Below are positions 26,801 to 38,143 of a stretch of 64,000 nt of DNA, one piece after another. The position numbers and the translations under genes were made by a program. Every line of letters begins with the position of its first letter. The first letter of the stretch is position 1. The notes below the pieces were generated by a model that ran no database searches, was not told where the DNA came from, and worked only from the letters and a program-made list of their open reading frames with translations. This DNA comes from Macrostomum lignano (taxonomy: Eukaryota): assembly GCA_002269645.1 (NCBI GenBank), contig NIVC01000385.1, forward strand, positions 558,001 to 622,000. The letters run 5' to 3'.

Positions 26801-29800
26801 GCCGGGATTTCCTGAAATTTATTCTCCTGTAAAAATATCCCTGATGGGATTTCCTTAAATATACCTAATGAAATTTTCCTAGGATATCCTTGATGGGATT
26901 CCCCTGGGTTATCCTAAATGGGATTCCCCTAGGATTTCCTTGATGGGATATTCTTGATGTGATTCCCCTGCAATATCCTTGATTTGATTCCCCTGCAATA
27001 TCCTTGATGTGATTCCCCTAGGGTTTTCTTGATGTGATTCCCCTGGGATATCCTTGATGTGATTCCCCTAGGGTTTTATTGGTGTGATTCCCCTAGGTTA
27101 TTCTTGATGGGATTCCCCTAAGATATCCTTGATAGGATTCCCCTAGGATATCCTTGATGGTATTCCCCTAAGGCATCCCTGATGGGATTCCCCTAGGATA
27201 TCCTTGATGTCATTTCCCTAAGATATCCTTGATGGGATCCTCCTAGGATATCCTTGATGGGATCCTCCTAGGATATCCTTGATGGGATCCTCCTAGGCTA
27301 TATCTGATAGGATTCAACGAGGATTTCCCTTGATGGGATTATCCTGGGATCTTTCCAATGGGACACTCCTATGATCTCTCCTAGAGCTTTCTACGAGATA
27401 TTCTTTAGGATTTTGTGATTTGAATTCAATAACATCCTACAATGAGTATGGGACGCTACATGAGATAACAGTTAGCTAATAATCAGACAAACTCAAACAA
27501 CCAAACAGGTGCACGAAGCGAACACCTTCGCAGACAGTCTGATCGATTCTGGTCACCAGGCCAGCCCCATCGTGGCCAGCTGGCGCGATCGAGTCAACGA
27601 GTCGTGGGCCGACCTGCTTGAGCTGCTGGACACCCGCGGCCAGCTCCTGTCAGCTGCACTGGCCTACCACCGCTACCTGAGCGACTGTAGCGACGTTCTC
27701 GATCGTATCGACGAGAAATCAGCGTCGATGATTGGCGGCGACGATTCGTCACCTCTGTCGGCCTCTCGTCGGCACGCGGTATTTGAGCGAGATTTGGTTG
27801 GCTTAGAATCGGCTGTTCGTTCGATTGACAACGAGGCTAGCGAGCTGCGACCGGCGTACGCTGGCGAGCGGGAGCGGCAGATTAGCGACCTTCGCAATCA
27901 GGTGGTGGAGGCCTGGAACCGGCTGATGAGGCGCTGTCGTGACAGGAAGCTGGCTCTGGATGAGGCTACGGAGCTGCAGCGATTCCTACGCATGGCCAGA
28001 GATCTGTCTAGATGGATGTCTACAGTCAGCGAGGAGATGTCGTCAATCGGGACCTGGGATCTAGCCGGGGTGGAACTGCGAATCAATGAGCACAAAAGTT
28101 TGAAAGCAGAAATCGATGCCCGAGAAGAGAATTTTGCCATAACGTCGAATTTGGCGAAATCGCTGGTTCAGCGACGGCATCGGGAGACTCAGCTGGTGCG
28201 GGACACCATGGCTGAGCTGGCTGGGCAAAGATTCGACCTGGCTGACAGCTGGGAGCTGGTATGGCAGCGGCTGCAGCTCATGCTGGGTGTACACCAGTTC
28301 GCCAGAGACGCGGCCAGCGCCGAGGCCTGGCTGATGACGCACGAGCCGCAACTGAAGATAGGTCGGCTCGGCGACAGTCTGGACGAGACGCTGGCGATGA
28401 TTCGGCAGCACGAGGCGTTCGAGAGGGCAGCTAGAGGACAGGCGAACCGGTTCAAAGCGTTGGAGAAGCTCACCGGACTTGAGGAGCGACAGCTCGTTGA
28501 AGACGCCAGATCGAACTCGAAGCTGCTGCTAGAGACAGCCGCTAGAAAGCGACGCGAGGCGGTTGATGCAGCAGTGCCTCAGCTTCCGCCGCCGCCGCCG
28601 CCGCCGCCGAAGCCAAAGCCGCAGTCGCAGCAGTCGCGGTCGTTGAGGCCTCCGCCACCTCCTCCGCCGCCTCCTCCGCTTTCGCCTGTTAAAGAAAGAG
28701 AAGAGAAGATTCCTCAAAGCTATGATCAGGAGCGGATGGCTTCGGCTGATACTTCAATGGCAGGAGCTCAGCAACAGGCGGCTGCGGCACGGATGGAGGG
28801 CGGTCTGTGGCGCAAGCAGGAGTGGGATCAGGGCGGCAGGAAGGCCCAGCATCGGAGCTGGCAACAGCTGTGAGTTTCAATTGGATTGGACCCAGTTTTT
28901 ATATGATATTTGACAGCAGGCATAGGGAACAAAAGACACGAGGCAATGTAGATACGAGCCGTATGTGGGACACTCGGGGCACGCAAGGACACACAAAGAG
29001 CACAAAAGACACAGAAAGACACACAACGACAAATATGCCTGGCCCTGTTTTACCGATACACAAAGAACACACAAGGATACACAAGGACACAAAATAGCAT
29101 ACAAGGACACACAAGGTCACACAAGGACACAAGAGCATATAGGGACGCACAAGGACATACAAGGACACACAGTGACACAAAATAACATACAAGGACACTC
29201 AAGGACACAAAAAGACACATCAGAACACATAGGGACTCACAAGGACACACAATGACACAAAATAACATACAAGGACACTCAAGGACACAAAAAGACACAT
29301 CAGAACACATAGGGACTCACAAGGACACACAATGACACAAAATAACATACAAGGACACTCAAGGACACAAAAAGACACATCAAAACACATAGGGACTCAC
29401 AAGGACACACAATGACACAAAATAACATACAAGGACACTCAAGGACACAAAAAGACACATCAGAACACATAGGGACTCACAAGGACACACAATGATACAA
29501 AATAAAATATAAGGACACTAAAGGACACAAAAGGACGCATAAGGACACATAAAGACACACAAGGACACAAAATGACACAAAATGACGCACAAAGAACCTT
29601 CTAAAACCTATCCACAGTCACGTGATTCTCGACTCTGGCCAGCTGCGCTTCTACAAAGACCAGCGCATCGCTCGAGACAGACCCGAGGACACATTCCATC
29701 GCGAGGCGCCGCTAGACCTGAGTGGCGCCAGCTGCGCCCCAGCCGCAGACTACACTAAGCGACTGTTTGTGTTCAGACTGAAACTAGCGAACGGATGCGA

Positions 29801-29918
29801 GTACCTGTTCCAACCGAGAATGGAGTCGGAACGCAACGATTGGGTGCGCAAGATTAACGCTGCTAGCGGTAGAGGATCTCAGGCAGCCGCTGGGACAGGA
29901 AGACTCTTCCATAAGTAG
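5705..29918 (+). CDS. beta-Spec: Beta-spectrin (2 CH domains, spectrin repeats, PH domain), 17 coding exons
   Basis: Hallmark motifs [80 protein letters not shown] and a C-terminal PH domain. GT-AG exons: 5705-5998, 6558-7009, 9201-9316, 9940-10202, 11555-11971, 13468-13629, 14086-14300, 14907-15327, 15777-16286, 17596-18078, 18797-19174, 21939-22360, 23791-23905, 24944-25366, 25932-26780, 27509-28869, 29618-29918. They sum to 7182 nt, in frame. The start ATG and the last exon end are the least certain; an acceptor at 5602 implies an upstream UTR exon. Confidence 0.95.
6145..6447 (-). mobile_element. tRNA-derived SINE (family B) with (ATT)n tail
   Basis: Minus strand begins GGGGCTTGTAGCCTAGAGGTTAGAGCG (A box) ... 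GGTTCGATTCTC (B box), then AAGCAAGACACTTAACTC...AAATGGGTGCC resembling central domains of animal SINEs, then an (ATT)n tail. Confidence 0.85.
7042..7755. repeat. 23-bp minisatellite (TATGAGCTCATTGTAGGGTGATG)n, spectrin intron 2
   Basis: Tandem copies; the unit holds the palindrome ATGAGCTCAT. Confidence 0.95.
9378..9925. repeat. 21-bp minisatellite (CTGAATTTGGCGCTAATTATC)n, intron 3
   Basis: Tandem copies; source of the LNLALII pseudo-ORF. Confidence 0.95.
10221..11500. repeat. 30-bp minisatellite switching to a related 18-bp unit, intron 4
   Basis: (CTTCAGTGACCTACCAATCCTTTGTCAGAT)n to about 11275, then (CCCAGTGACCTACCAACT)n. Confidence 0.95.
12150..13080. repeat. 45-bp minisatellite, intron 5
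   Basis: (GAGGGGCATTTCTCACTTCACAAAGGGGAATTTCTCTGATTCTCA)n. Confidence 0.95.
13640..14062. repeat. (TTAG)n/(TCAG)n microsatellite, intron 6
   Basis: Direct observation. Confidence 0.97.
14311..14860. repeat. (GATT)n microsatellite, intron 7
   Basis: Direct observation. Confidence 0.97.
15350..15720. repeat. 28-bp minisatellite, intron 8
   Basis: (CCTCCCAGATCCTCAGTTGCTGGGCCAG)n with an internal CCCAG/CTGGG stem. Confidence 0.9.
17108..17315 (-). mobile_element. tRNA-derived SINE family A, 3'-truncated copy
   Basis: Reverse complement GGGTGCCGTAGCCCAGTGG...GGCTCGATTCC (A/B boxes); clearly homologous to the copies at 23357 and 24183. Confidence 0.85.
18320..18787. repeat. 25-bp minisatellite, intron 10
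   Basis: (CCAATCCTCACCCAATGTACACTGG)n, running almost up to the acceptor at 18796. Confidence 0.95.
19190..21810. repeat. 34-bp minisatellite (~75 copies), intron 11
   Basis: (GAATCTGCCTCTCCGCTCTCCTCACTCAGTCCTT)n with GGAC/GTCC and TGTG/TCTC variants. Confidence 0.97.
22451..22600 (+). mobile_element. 5' fragment of a non-autonomous Helitron-like element
   Basis: A|TCCTATATACTAAAAATGAAAATCTTGCTTGCTTGC...GGCTTAACCGATTTTCATG; same architecture as the 5' ends at 47121 and 50144. Confidence 0.55.
22600..23330. repeat. 34-bp minisatellite, intron 12
   Basis: (GGCGTCCACCTCTGATCCCTAATGGGTGTCATTT)n. Confidence 0.95.
23357..23675 (-). mobile_element. tRNA-derived SINE family A, near full length
   Basis: Reverse-complement homolog of 24183-24546. 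Confidence 0.85.
23950..24860. repeat. Degenerate TGTCTAATGTGTCC-type repeats, intron 13 (interrupted by the SINE)
   Basis: Recurrent TCTAATGTGTC motifs on both sides of the SINE. Confidence 0.7.
24183..24546 (+). mobile_element. tRNA-derived SINE family A, full length with A-rich tail
   Basis: GGGGCCGTAGCCCAGCGG (A box), GGCTCGATTCC (B box), tail AATAAAATAAAAAA. Possible 14-bp TSD AAGTGGTATGTGTC (24167 and 24545), but the flank is itself repetitive. Confidence 0.88.
25410..25810. repeat. Degenerate GAATGGATTTCCCTGGGATCTCCCTT repeat, intron 14
   Basis: Imperfect tandem copies. Confidence 0.8.
26840..27360. repeat. Degenerate GATGGGATTCCCCTAGGATATCCTT repeat, intron 15
   Basis: Imperfect tandem copies. 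Confidence 0.8.
28960..29590. repeat. AAGGACACAC-based repeat with a ~71-bp higher-order unit, intron 16
   Basis: A longer block repeats at about 29170-29480. Confidence 0.85.
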
Positions 29919-30039
29919 CGGATTTTTACGAGTAAATAATTAACTGACAACAGCTGTTTGGCTTTTCTATCGCTTTTACATATTTTGTTTTAGTTAACTG
30001 TAAAAGTGCAATTTTTTAAATATGGGGTTCGACCCAGCT

Positions 30040-30412
30040 GAGGTATCTATGCCAGTGGGGTGTCCACCCAGTTGAATTATCTATGCCAGTGGGGTGTCCA
30101 CCCAGTTGAATTATCTATGCCAGTGGGGTGTCCACCCAGTTGAATTATCTATGCCAGTGGGGTGTCCACCCAGTTGAATTATCTATGCCAGTGGGGTGTC
30201 CACCCAGTTGAATTATCTATGCCAGTGGGGTGTCCACCCAGTTGAATTATCTATGCCAGTGGGGTGTCCACCCAGTTGAGTTATCTATGCCAGTGGGGTG
30301 TCCACCCAGTTGAATTATCTATGCCAGTGGGGTGTCTACCCAGTTGAATTATCTATGCCAGTGGGGTGTCTACCCAGTTGAATTAACTATGCCAGTGGGG
30401 TGTCCACCCAGC
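30040..30412. repeat. 34-bp minisatellite downstream of the spectrin stop
   Basis: (CAGTTGAATTATCTATGCCAGTGGGGTGTCCACC)n. Confidence 0.95.
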
Positions 30413-32779
30413 TATGCCATCCCCACCTACTATGCATACCTCTGTCTTCGTCCACTTAAAATCCTATATGCTGTTGTTTTAAATAGCATTGATATTTTGT
30501 TTCATTTTCGAATGGCGCAACGCAGCTCAATTGAAAGTTAGTTTTTTCTTTGCTTTAGTTCATATATACAGCGGTTTTTACACTTACTATTAATACTGTA
30601 ATCATAAAGCATGAAAATACTACATTCCAATTTAATTTTACCGAGCCTTTGATCTCTTTAATTTTTAAATTAAAAATTAAACAACAAAAATTTCGCACTT
30701 TACGCGAGAAGATTTATTATTTTATTCTCGCGTCCAAAAAATTGTTGATTTCGCACTATTTTCTACTCACACTACTAACTCAAGTAACTGAGTAGTAATA
30801 TTTCGTTTCGTACCCCATTGATTTCGATTTTTACAAATTGCAATTTTCTAAACACACCCTCAAAATTGCCGTTAAATCGTCCTTTTTTGTCCTATTTTAG
30901 TCGCCTTATACTAGTCTTTATGCTATACTAGGTATGCTATATTTGCTACCAAAATGCTTCTTACTTAAAAACATTCCTGCGTTATTATAGTTCGATTTCA
31001 TTCAAAGAACTATTGAGAATTATACGAGTTGTCCTGAATTTTTATTAGTTTTGCGTTTTTTTATTTCCATTGATTAATTCGAGCAATTTTTGCGTATCGC
31101 CGGACTTGATTTTTACAGCATCGATTTTGTCATGAGCAATTTTGTTTTTGTTGGAAGTCACACCGTGCTGCACACTTAACAGCTCTAATTGGCTATAAGC
31201 TTTCTTTGCGATTTGCCCCTACTGCAAAGACACATTAAAGTATTTTATTTTGTTTGTTTCAATAATTTAGCCTAAATTAGACTGTCATCCTACTATTATA
31301 CATATGCAGATTTAGTATTAGCAAATAAAAGCGCAACTTCTTATACTCAAAAATAATTTTCAATGCGCTCAATTTATTTCCATTTGTTGAGCAAAATTCT
31401 AAACTATGTATACAGTTTTATAGTCTAGTTATTTCACTCATTTTAATCTAATTAATAAATATCATTCATTCAGTTTGATCCAGACTCAAAATCATTCAGC
31501 TGAAATACATTTAGCTATAAAATAAATATAGTTTTTTTGACTTCTAAAATTTGATCCAAAGCATTTTCGCTTGCTTCTATCATTTTGTTAGTGACATGAG
31601 AATAACTAATTCTCTGTTTAGTAAAAACATACAAAACCTTTTAAAGTTCCAGTTGAAATACATTTATCAATGTATATATATTACACAACGTCAACGATGC
31701 GTTCGAACACATGTACATACGTTTGCACCCGTATATACACGTTAGGCGGTATAGAACACGGCAAAAACCGCCTATAAGGCAGTCCGTATCATGCTATATG
31801 ATACAGTAGCATGCTATAGACCGCCTTTTTTATGCGCACAAGGGCCAAATATGGCACAAATTTGAACAGACGTTTCTGCTTATTTTTTAGTTCACTAATG
31901 CAAAGTAGGCCTAGCGATTTTACTAACCTACTACGCTACTATTCTCTAGTACAGTATTTTAGTGTCACTAGAATGCTAGATAAATATTAGGTCAGGATGA
32001 CTTAGTTACAAGTGTAAGTGTTAACATTTAACATTATTTTATGTAGGCCTACTAAGTACTAGCTGTTTATTATTTCCACAATATTAATAGGCCCAGCGAA
32101 TTAATATTAGAACAGGAGAACAATACGACTCGACTTAAAGTTCAATAAGTGAACTTGGATGGCGCTCAGTTTCAGTTTGTAGCTAGGCCTATGCACAATT
32201 TTGTAACTGAATGCAATAACTGTGTGACTAAGCTAGGCCTAGGGCTATATATTCAATATTCTTTTTTCTGAACCCTGAATCCTGAGTTTAGGAGAGAAAC
32301 TATTTAGTAAAGCTAGCTATATTGATAGATATATTGAACAACCATAATTTAGGGTTCTAATATACTATACTAATAGCCTATTTTATATATTCCATAAATG
32401 GATATATTTTTTATTTTTTATTTTTTATTTTATTGATAAATTGGGTTCTATTCTACTATTTTATGTTATAGGTTAAGCCTGAAATTAGTATTTAGTATTT
32501 AGAGGTTCTATATTTTTTTAACCTTCCCTTTCCCCATAACCTGCTAGCCTTCCCTACATGGTTACACCCTACTGCCCTTTACCATACCTTACCCTGATGG
32601 CCTTCCTACAACACTTGCTACCTTTTCTTATCAATACAAGCCTTTCCCATACCTTGCTGCCCTTCATTGTCTTTTATGGGCCTTTTCCATACCCTGCTGT
32701 CTTTCACAAACCTTGCTGCTCTTCAATGTATCCTGCTTGGCCTTCATTGTATATTGTTGGCCTTCCCACATGGCTACAC

Positions 32780-35700
32780 CTTGCTGGCTTTTCCTATATC
32801 CTGCTAGCCTTCCCCACACCCTGCTGTCTTTCCCCATACCCTGCTGTCTTTCCCCTACCCTGCTGTCCTTCCCCACACCCTTGCCAGCCTTCTTTACTCC
32901 TTGCTAGATTTCCCCACACCCTGCCAGCTTCCCCACATCCTGCTGGCCTTCCCTACTCCTTGCTACCCTTCCCCACACCCTGCTGTCCTTCCCCACACCC
33001 TGCTGGCTTTCCTTACTCCCTGCTACCCTTCCCCACACCCTGCTGTCCTTCCCCACATCCTGCAGGCCTTCCTCACTCCCTGCTGGCATTCCCCACACCC
33101 TGCCGGCCTTCCCCACATCCTGCTGGCCTTCCCTACTCCTTGCTACTCTTCCCCACACCCTGCCGGCCTTCCCCACATCCTGCTGGCCTTCCCTACTCCC
33201 TGCTACCCTTCCCCACACCCTGCTGTCCTTCCCCACACCCTGCTTGTCTTCACTACCAATGCAGGCTTTCCCTACACCCTGCTGTCCTTCCCCATACCCT
33301 GCTGTCTTTCCCCTACCCTGCTGTCCTTCCCCACACCCTGCCAGCCTTCCTTACTCCTTGCTGGCTTTCCCCACACCCTGCTGGCTTCCTCACATCCTGC
33401 TAGACTTCCCCACACTCTGCCAGCTTCCCCACATCCTGCTGGCCTTCCCTACTCCTTGCTACCCTTCCCCACACCCTGCCGGCCTTCCCCACACCCTGCT
33501 GGCTTTCCTTACTCCCTGCTACCCTTCCCCACACCCTGCTGTCCTTCCCCACATCCTGCTGGCCTTCCCTACTCCCTGCTACCCTTCCCCACACCCTGCT
33601 GTCCTTCCCCATCAATGCAGGCCTTCCCCACACCCTGCCTGCCTTCCCTACTGCTGGCCTTCCCTATTTCCTGCTACCCTTCCCCACACCCTGCCGGCCT
33701 TCCCCACACCCTGCCGGCTTCCCCACTTCCTGCTGGCCTTCCCTACTCCCTGCTACCCTTCCCCACTTCCTGCTGGACTTCCCTACTCCCTGCTACCCTT
33801 CCCCACACCCTGCCAGCCTTCTCTACTGCTGGCCTTCCATATTTCCTGCTACCCTTCCCCACACCCTGCTGTCCTTCCCCACACCCTGCCGGCCTTCCCC
33901 ACACCCTGCCGGCTTATCCACTTCCTGCTGGCCTTCCCTACTCCCTGCTACCCTTCCCCACACCCTGCCGGCTTCCCCACTTCCTGCTGGACTTCCCTAC
34001 TCCCTGCTACCCTTCCCACACCCTGCTGTCCTTCCCCACACCCTGCCGGCCTTTCCCACATCCTGCTGGCCTTCCCTACTCCTTGCTACCCTTCCCCACA
34101 CCCTGCCGGCCTTCCCCACACCCTGCCGGCTTCCCCACTTCCTGCTGGCCTTTCCTACTCCTTGCTACCCTTCCCCACACCCTGCTGTCCTTCCCCACAC
34201 CCTGCTTGTCTTCACTACCAATGCAGGCTTTCCCTACACCCTGCTGTCCTTCCCCATACCCTGCTGTCTTTCCCCTACCCTGCTGTCTTTCCCCACACCC
34301 TGCCAGCCTTCCTTACTCCTTGCTGGCTTTCCCCACACCCTGCTGGCTTCCTCACATCCTGCTAGACTTCCCCACACCCTGCCAGCTTCCCCACATCCTG
34401 CTGGCCTTCCCTACTCCTTGCTACCCTTCCCCACACCCTGCCGGCCTTCCCACAACCTGCTGGCTTTCCTTACTCCCTGCTACCCTTCCCCACACCCTGC
34501 TGTCCTTCCCCACATCCTGCTGGCCTTCCCTACTCCCTGCTACCCTTCCCCACACCCTGCTGTCCTTCCCATCAATGCAGGCCTTCCTCACTCCCTGCTG
34601 GCATTCCCCACACCCTGCTGTCCTTCCCCACACCCTGCCTGCCTTCCCTACTGCTGGCCTTCCCTATTTCCTGCTACCCTTCCCCACACCCTGCCGGCCT
34701 TCCCCACACCCTGCCGGCTTCCCCACTTCCTGCTGGCCTTCCCTACTCCCTGCTACCCTTCCCCACTTCCTGCTGGACTTCCCTACTCCCTGCTACCCTT
34801 CCCCACACCCTGCCAGCCTTCTCTACTGCTGGCCTTCCCTATTTCCTGCTACCCTTCCCCACACCCTGCTGTCCTTCCCCACACCCTGCCGGCCTTCCCC
34901 ACACCCTGCCGGCTTATCCACTTCCTGCTGGCCTTCCCTACTCCCTGCTACCCTTCCCCACACCCTGCCGGCTTCCCCACTTCCTGCTGGACTTCCCTAC
35001 TCCCTGCTACCCTTCCCCACACCCTGCTGTCCTTCCCCACACCCTGCCGGCCTTTCCCACATCCTGCTGGCCTTCCCTACTCCTTGCTACCCTTCCCCAC
35101 ACCCTGCCGGCCTTCCCCACACCCTGCCGGCTTCCCCACTTCCTGCTGGCCTTTCCTACTCCTTGCTACCCTTCCCCACACCCTGCTGTCCTTCCCCACA
35201 CCCTGCTTGTCTTCACTACCAATGCAGGCTTTCCCTACACCCTGCTGTCCTTCCCCATACCCTGCTGTCTTTCCCCTACCCTGCTGTCCTTCCCCACACC
35301 CTGCCAGCCTTCCTTACTCCTTGCTGGCTTTCCCCACACCCTGCTGGCTTCCTCACATCCTGCTAGACTTCCCCACACCCTGCCAGCTTCCCCACATCCT
35401 GCTGGCCTTCCCTACTCCTTGCTACCCTTCCCCACACCCTGCCGGCCTTCCCCACACCCTGCTGGCTTTCCTTACTCCCTGCTACCCTTCCCCACACCCT
35501 GCTTGTCTTACACTACCAATGCAGGCTTTCCCTACACCCTGCTGTCCTTCCCCATCGATGCAGGCCTTCCTCACTCCCGCTGGCATTCCCCACACCCTGC
35601 CGGCTTCCCCACTTCCTGCTGGCCTTCCCTACTCCCTGCTACCCTTCCCCACACCCTGCTGTCCTTCCCCACACCCTGCTGTCCTTCCCCACACCCTGCT

Positions 35701-36000
35701 GTCCTTCCCCACACCCTGCTTGTCTTCACTACCAATGCAGGCTTTCCCTACACCCTGCTGTCCTTCCCCATACCCTGCTGTCTTTCCCCTACCCTGCTGT
35801 CCTTCCCCACACCCTGCCAGCCTTCCTTACTCCCTGCTCCCCTTCCCCACACCCTGCTGTCCTTCCCCACACCCTGCCGGCTTCTCCACATCCTGCCGGC
35901 CTTCCCTATTTCCTGCTACCCTTCCCCACACCCTGCCGGCTTTCCCCATACCCTGCTGTCATTTCCCACACCCTGCCACTCTACCTCTCACAGGCTACCC
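32780..36000. repeat. C-rich ~20-bp satellite (CCTTCCCCACACCCTGCTGG-like) with higher-order blocks, left arm
   Basis: Direct observation; source of the 281-821 aa PHP/FPTP pseudo-ORFs. Confidence 0.92.
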
Positions 36001-37879
36001 CTCCCAGACAGCCCTCCTAGACAGCCCCTCCAGGCTAACCCGACTCTACCCCTCCCAGGCAGCCCTTCCGGGCTTCATCTCCCACTCAACCTCTTCCAGA
36101 AGCGGAGGACGATCGCAGGACTGTTTGCTGCCTGCCGCTTCGGCTGCAGTGACCGCCGGCTCAAGCGGAGGACGATCGCAGGACTGTCTGCTGCCTGCCG
36201 CTTCGGCTGCAGTGACCGCCGGCTCAAGCGGAGGACGATCGCTGCTCCGCGTGCTATCATCTAAGTACTAGTGTTGTGAGTGCTAAGGGCGATCGAAGGA
36301 CTAATGAAGAAGCATATTATCCGATTTCTTTTAGAGGAGATCTATGCCAGTTATTTATCTTCTCGTTTAATTAGCAGTGAGGAAAAAAAGACGACTATTA
36401 TATGCTGCCGCTTATACACTTTACAATATCATCAGCAGAATACGTAAATTGAGGTCGTTTGAAACAAGAGTACGTAGATGGTAAGATGGCATGTATTTAG
36501 CTTCTTCCTAGTGAAATCAGTGAATTGTGTTGGTCGCTTACAGAACCTATTCAGCTTCTCCGCTCATAGTCACTCCAGCATCAAGTGCTAACAATGCAGA
36601 TTAGCTATGAACTGTATTGGAATGCTTTGCATCATGCATTTGCATTTTAAATACAAGGACTTTTTCTCTCGTTCATTGGCAGGTATCAAGATGAGACAAA
36701 GCAATGTGCATTATGCTGCTGCCTATTCATAGGACGCAGAGTGCACGCAGGATCCTCTGAGGTGAAAGAAGACGACGGTGACGACTACGACATGTATGAC
36801 TATTCAGCCACATTGGACAGAAATTAGCTGTTAGCCGACGTAGCCGTATAAATGTTTGGTCACACTTCTCTGTGCCCGTGGCGTATGCAACATTTAATCC
36901 GTGACTTCTTTGCACTATTGCACTACCATCAAACGCTGACGCTCTTTTTCTCGCTCTGTAATGCTGTAACCAGTTTTTTGTCCCCCCCTTGTCGAGTTTG
37001 AGAGAACTATGCAGCGCATTTTTTCGACAAGAGTTTTTCATTGTCTTTTGTCAATGTGCAGTTTTACGAGTACATGTATATACTTAACTGAGTATTGTAA
37101 ACATGTGCCTCTAAAATAAAACAGACTTCACTGCTTTTAACTATGCTTTTTACGATAATTCGCTCTGTCATGTCCTGAAACATTCCTGTTTTATCGAATT
37201 CTCTTTTGATGATGACACAAATATGGTCACAAAGAATAGTGGGAGGTAGAGCCATATGGCGAGAGGTATAAAGTGATTTTACATGATTTTACATGATTTT
37301 ACGAGAGGTATGATTTTACATTACAGTAGTCTCAATAGTTTATCTGCCCCTATTGGCCTCCCTTTCTCCTTCTCGCCCTCTGTCTCTGCAGCACCTGTTG
37401 GTTAAAAATGAGAGGAAAGCTCGGCAAGAAAAGCCTCTGTGGAAAAGTCTCGTGCTCTCATAGCCTGACATCCTGCCACTTTTTAAATAGCCATGACTTT
37501 CCTGGTACATGGACATTTACATACGTAAGTTGTTTCCATCGGATTGAGACATGATTTATAACTAGTATAGGTATATTAGTAATAGTAAATTCAGTCAGTC
37601 TTATCATATACGAGCAGTGGCGGATCTAGAATTTCATTTTGGGAGGGGGCGGTCCAAGTTTGGGAGGCCAACATGAGTAATGAGGGGCACCTATTATGAG
37701 GGGGTGCAAAAATGCTGTACTGCTGAAAATAACGAACGGGAAACACGGATTGCATGTTATTAATTTAAATACGTACGAGTATTTGATTTGAGAAGCACAA
37801 TATATCGGGAAAAGTTTTGCCTTCTCTGTGACGTGCTTGGCAAGTGCACATGCACTATAGCTACATGGGGAAGGGGGGG

Positions 37880-38143
37880 TTCATAAGACCGAAATTTCAC
37901 AACGCCGAAACCATACTTCACAAGACCGATACTTCATAAGACCGAAGTTTCACAACCCCAAAGCTTAAAATACTGGGCCCTTCACAAGACTTGCGAACTT
38001 GCTGCCTTTTTTGCTGCCTCGTCGTTACCACGAAATACTTTTATTTGTAGTAACGAAGTTTGAACTTATGAAGTTTCGGTCTTGTGAAGTATGGTGTTTC
38101 GGCGTTGTGAAATTTCGGTCTTATGAAGTTTCGGTCTTGTGAA
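37880..38143. mobile_element. Small foldback MITE-like element
   Basis: TTCATAAGACCGAAATTTCACAACGCCGAAAC.. repeats on the left; their reverse complements at about 38060-38143. Confidence 0.7.

Noticed and set aside
19190-30412. 34-bp arrays as CRISPR-like loci
   Set aside because: Units are contiguous with no unique spacers, there are no cas genes, and the context is eukaryotic.
32558-36271. Long ORFs (281-821 aa, PHP/FPTP-rich) and their mirror at 43160-44542
   Set aside because: They are open in several frames because the C-rich satellite lacks stop codons; no domain-like sequence.
37615-37720. MITE starting CAGTGGCGGATCTAG
   Set aside because: No matching inverted end found in the window, so it cannot be delimited.
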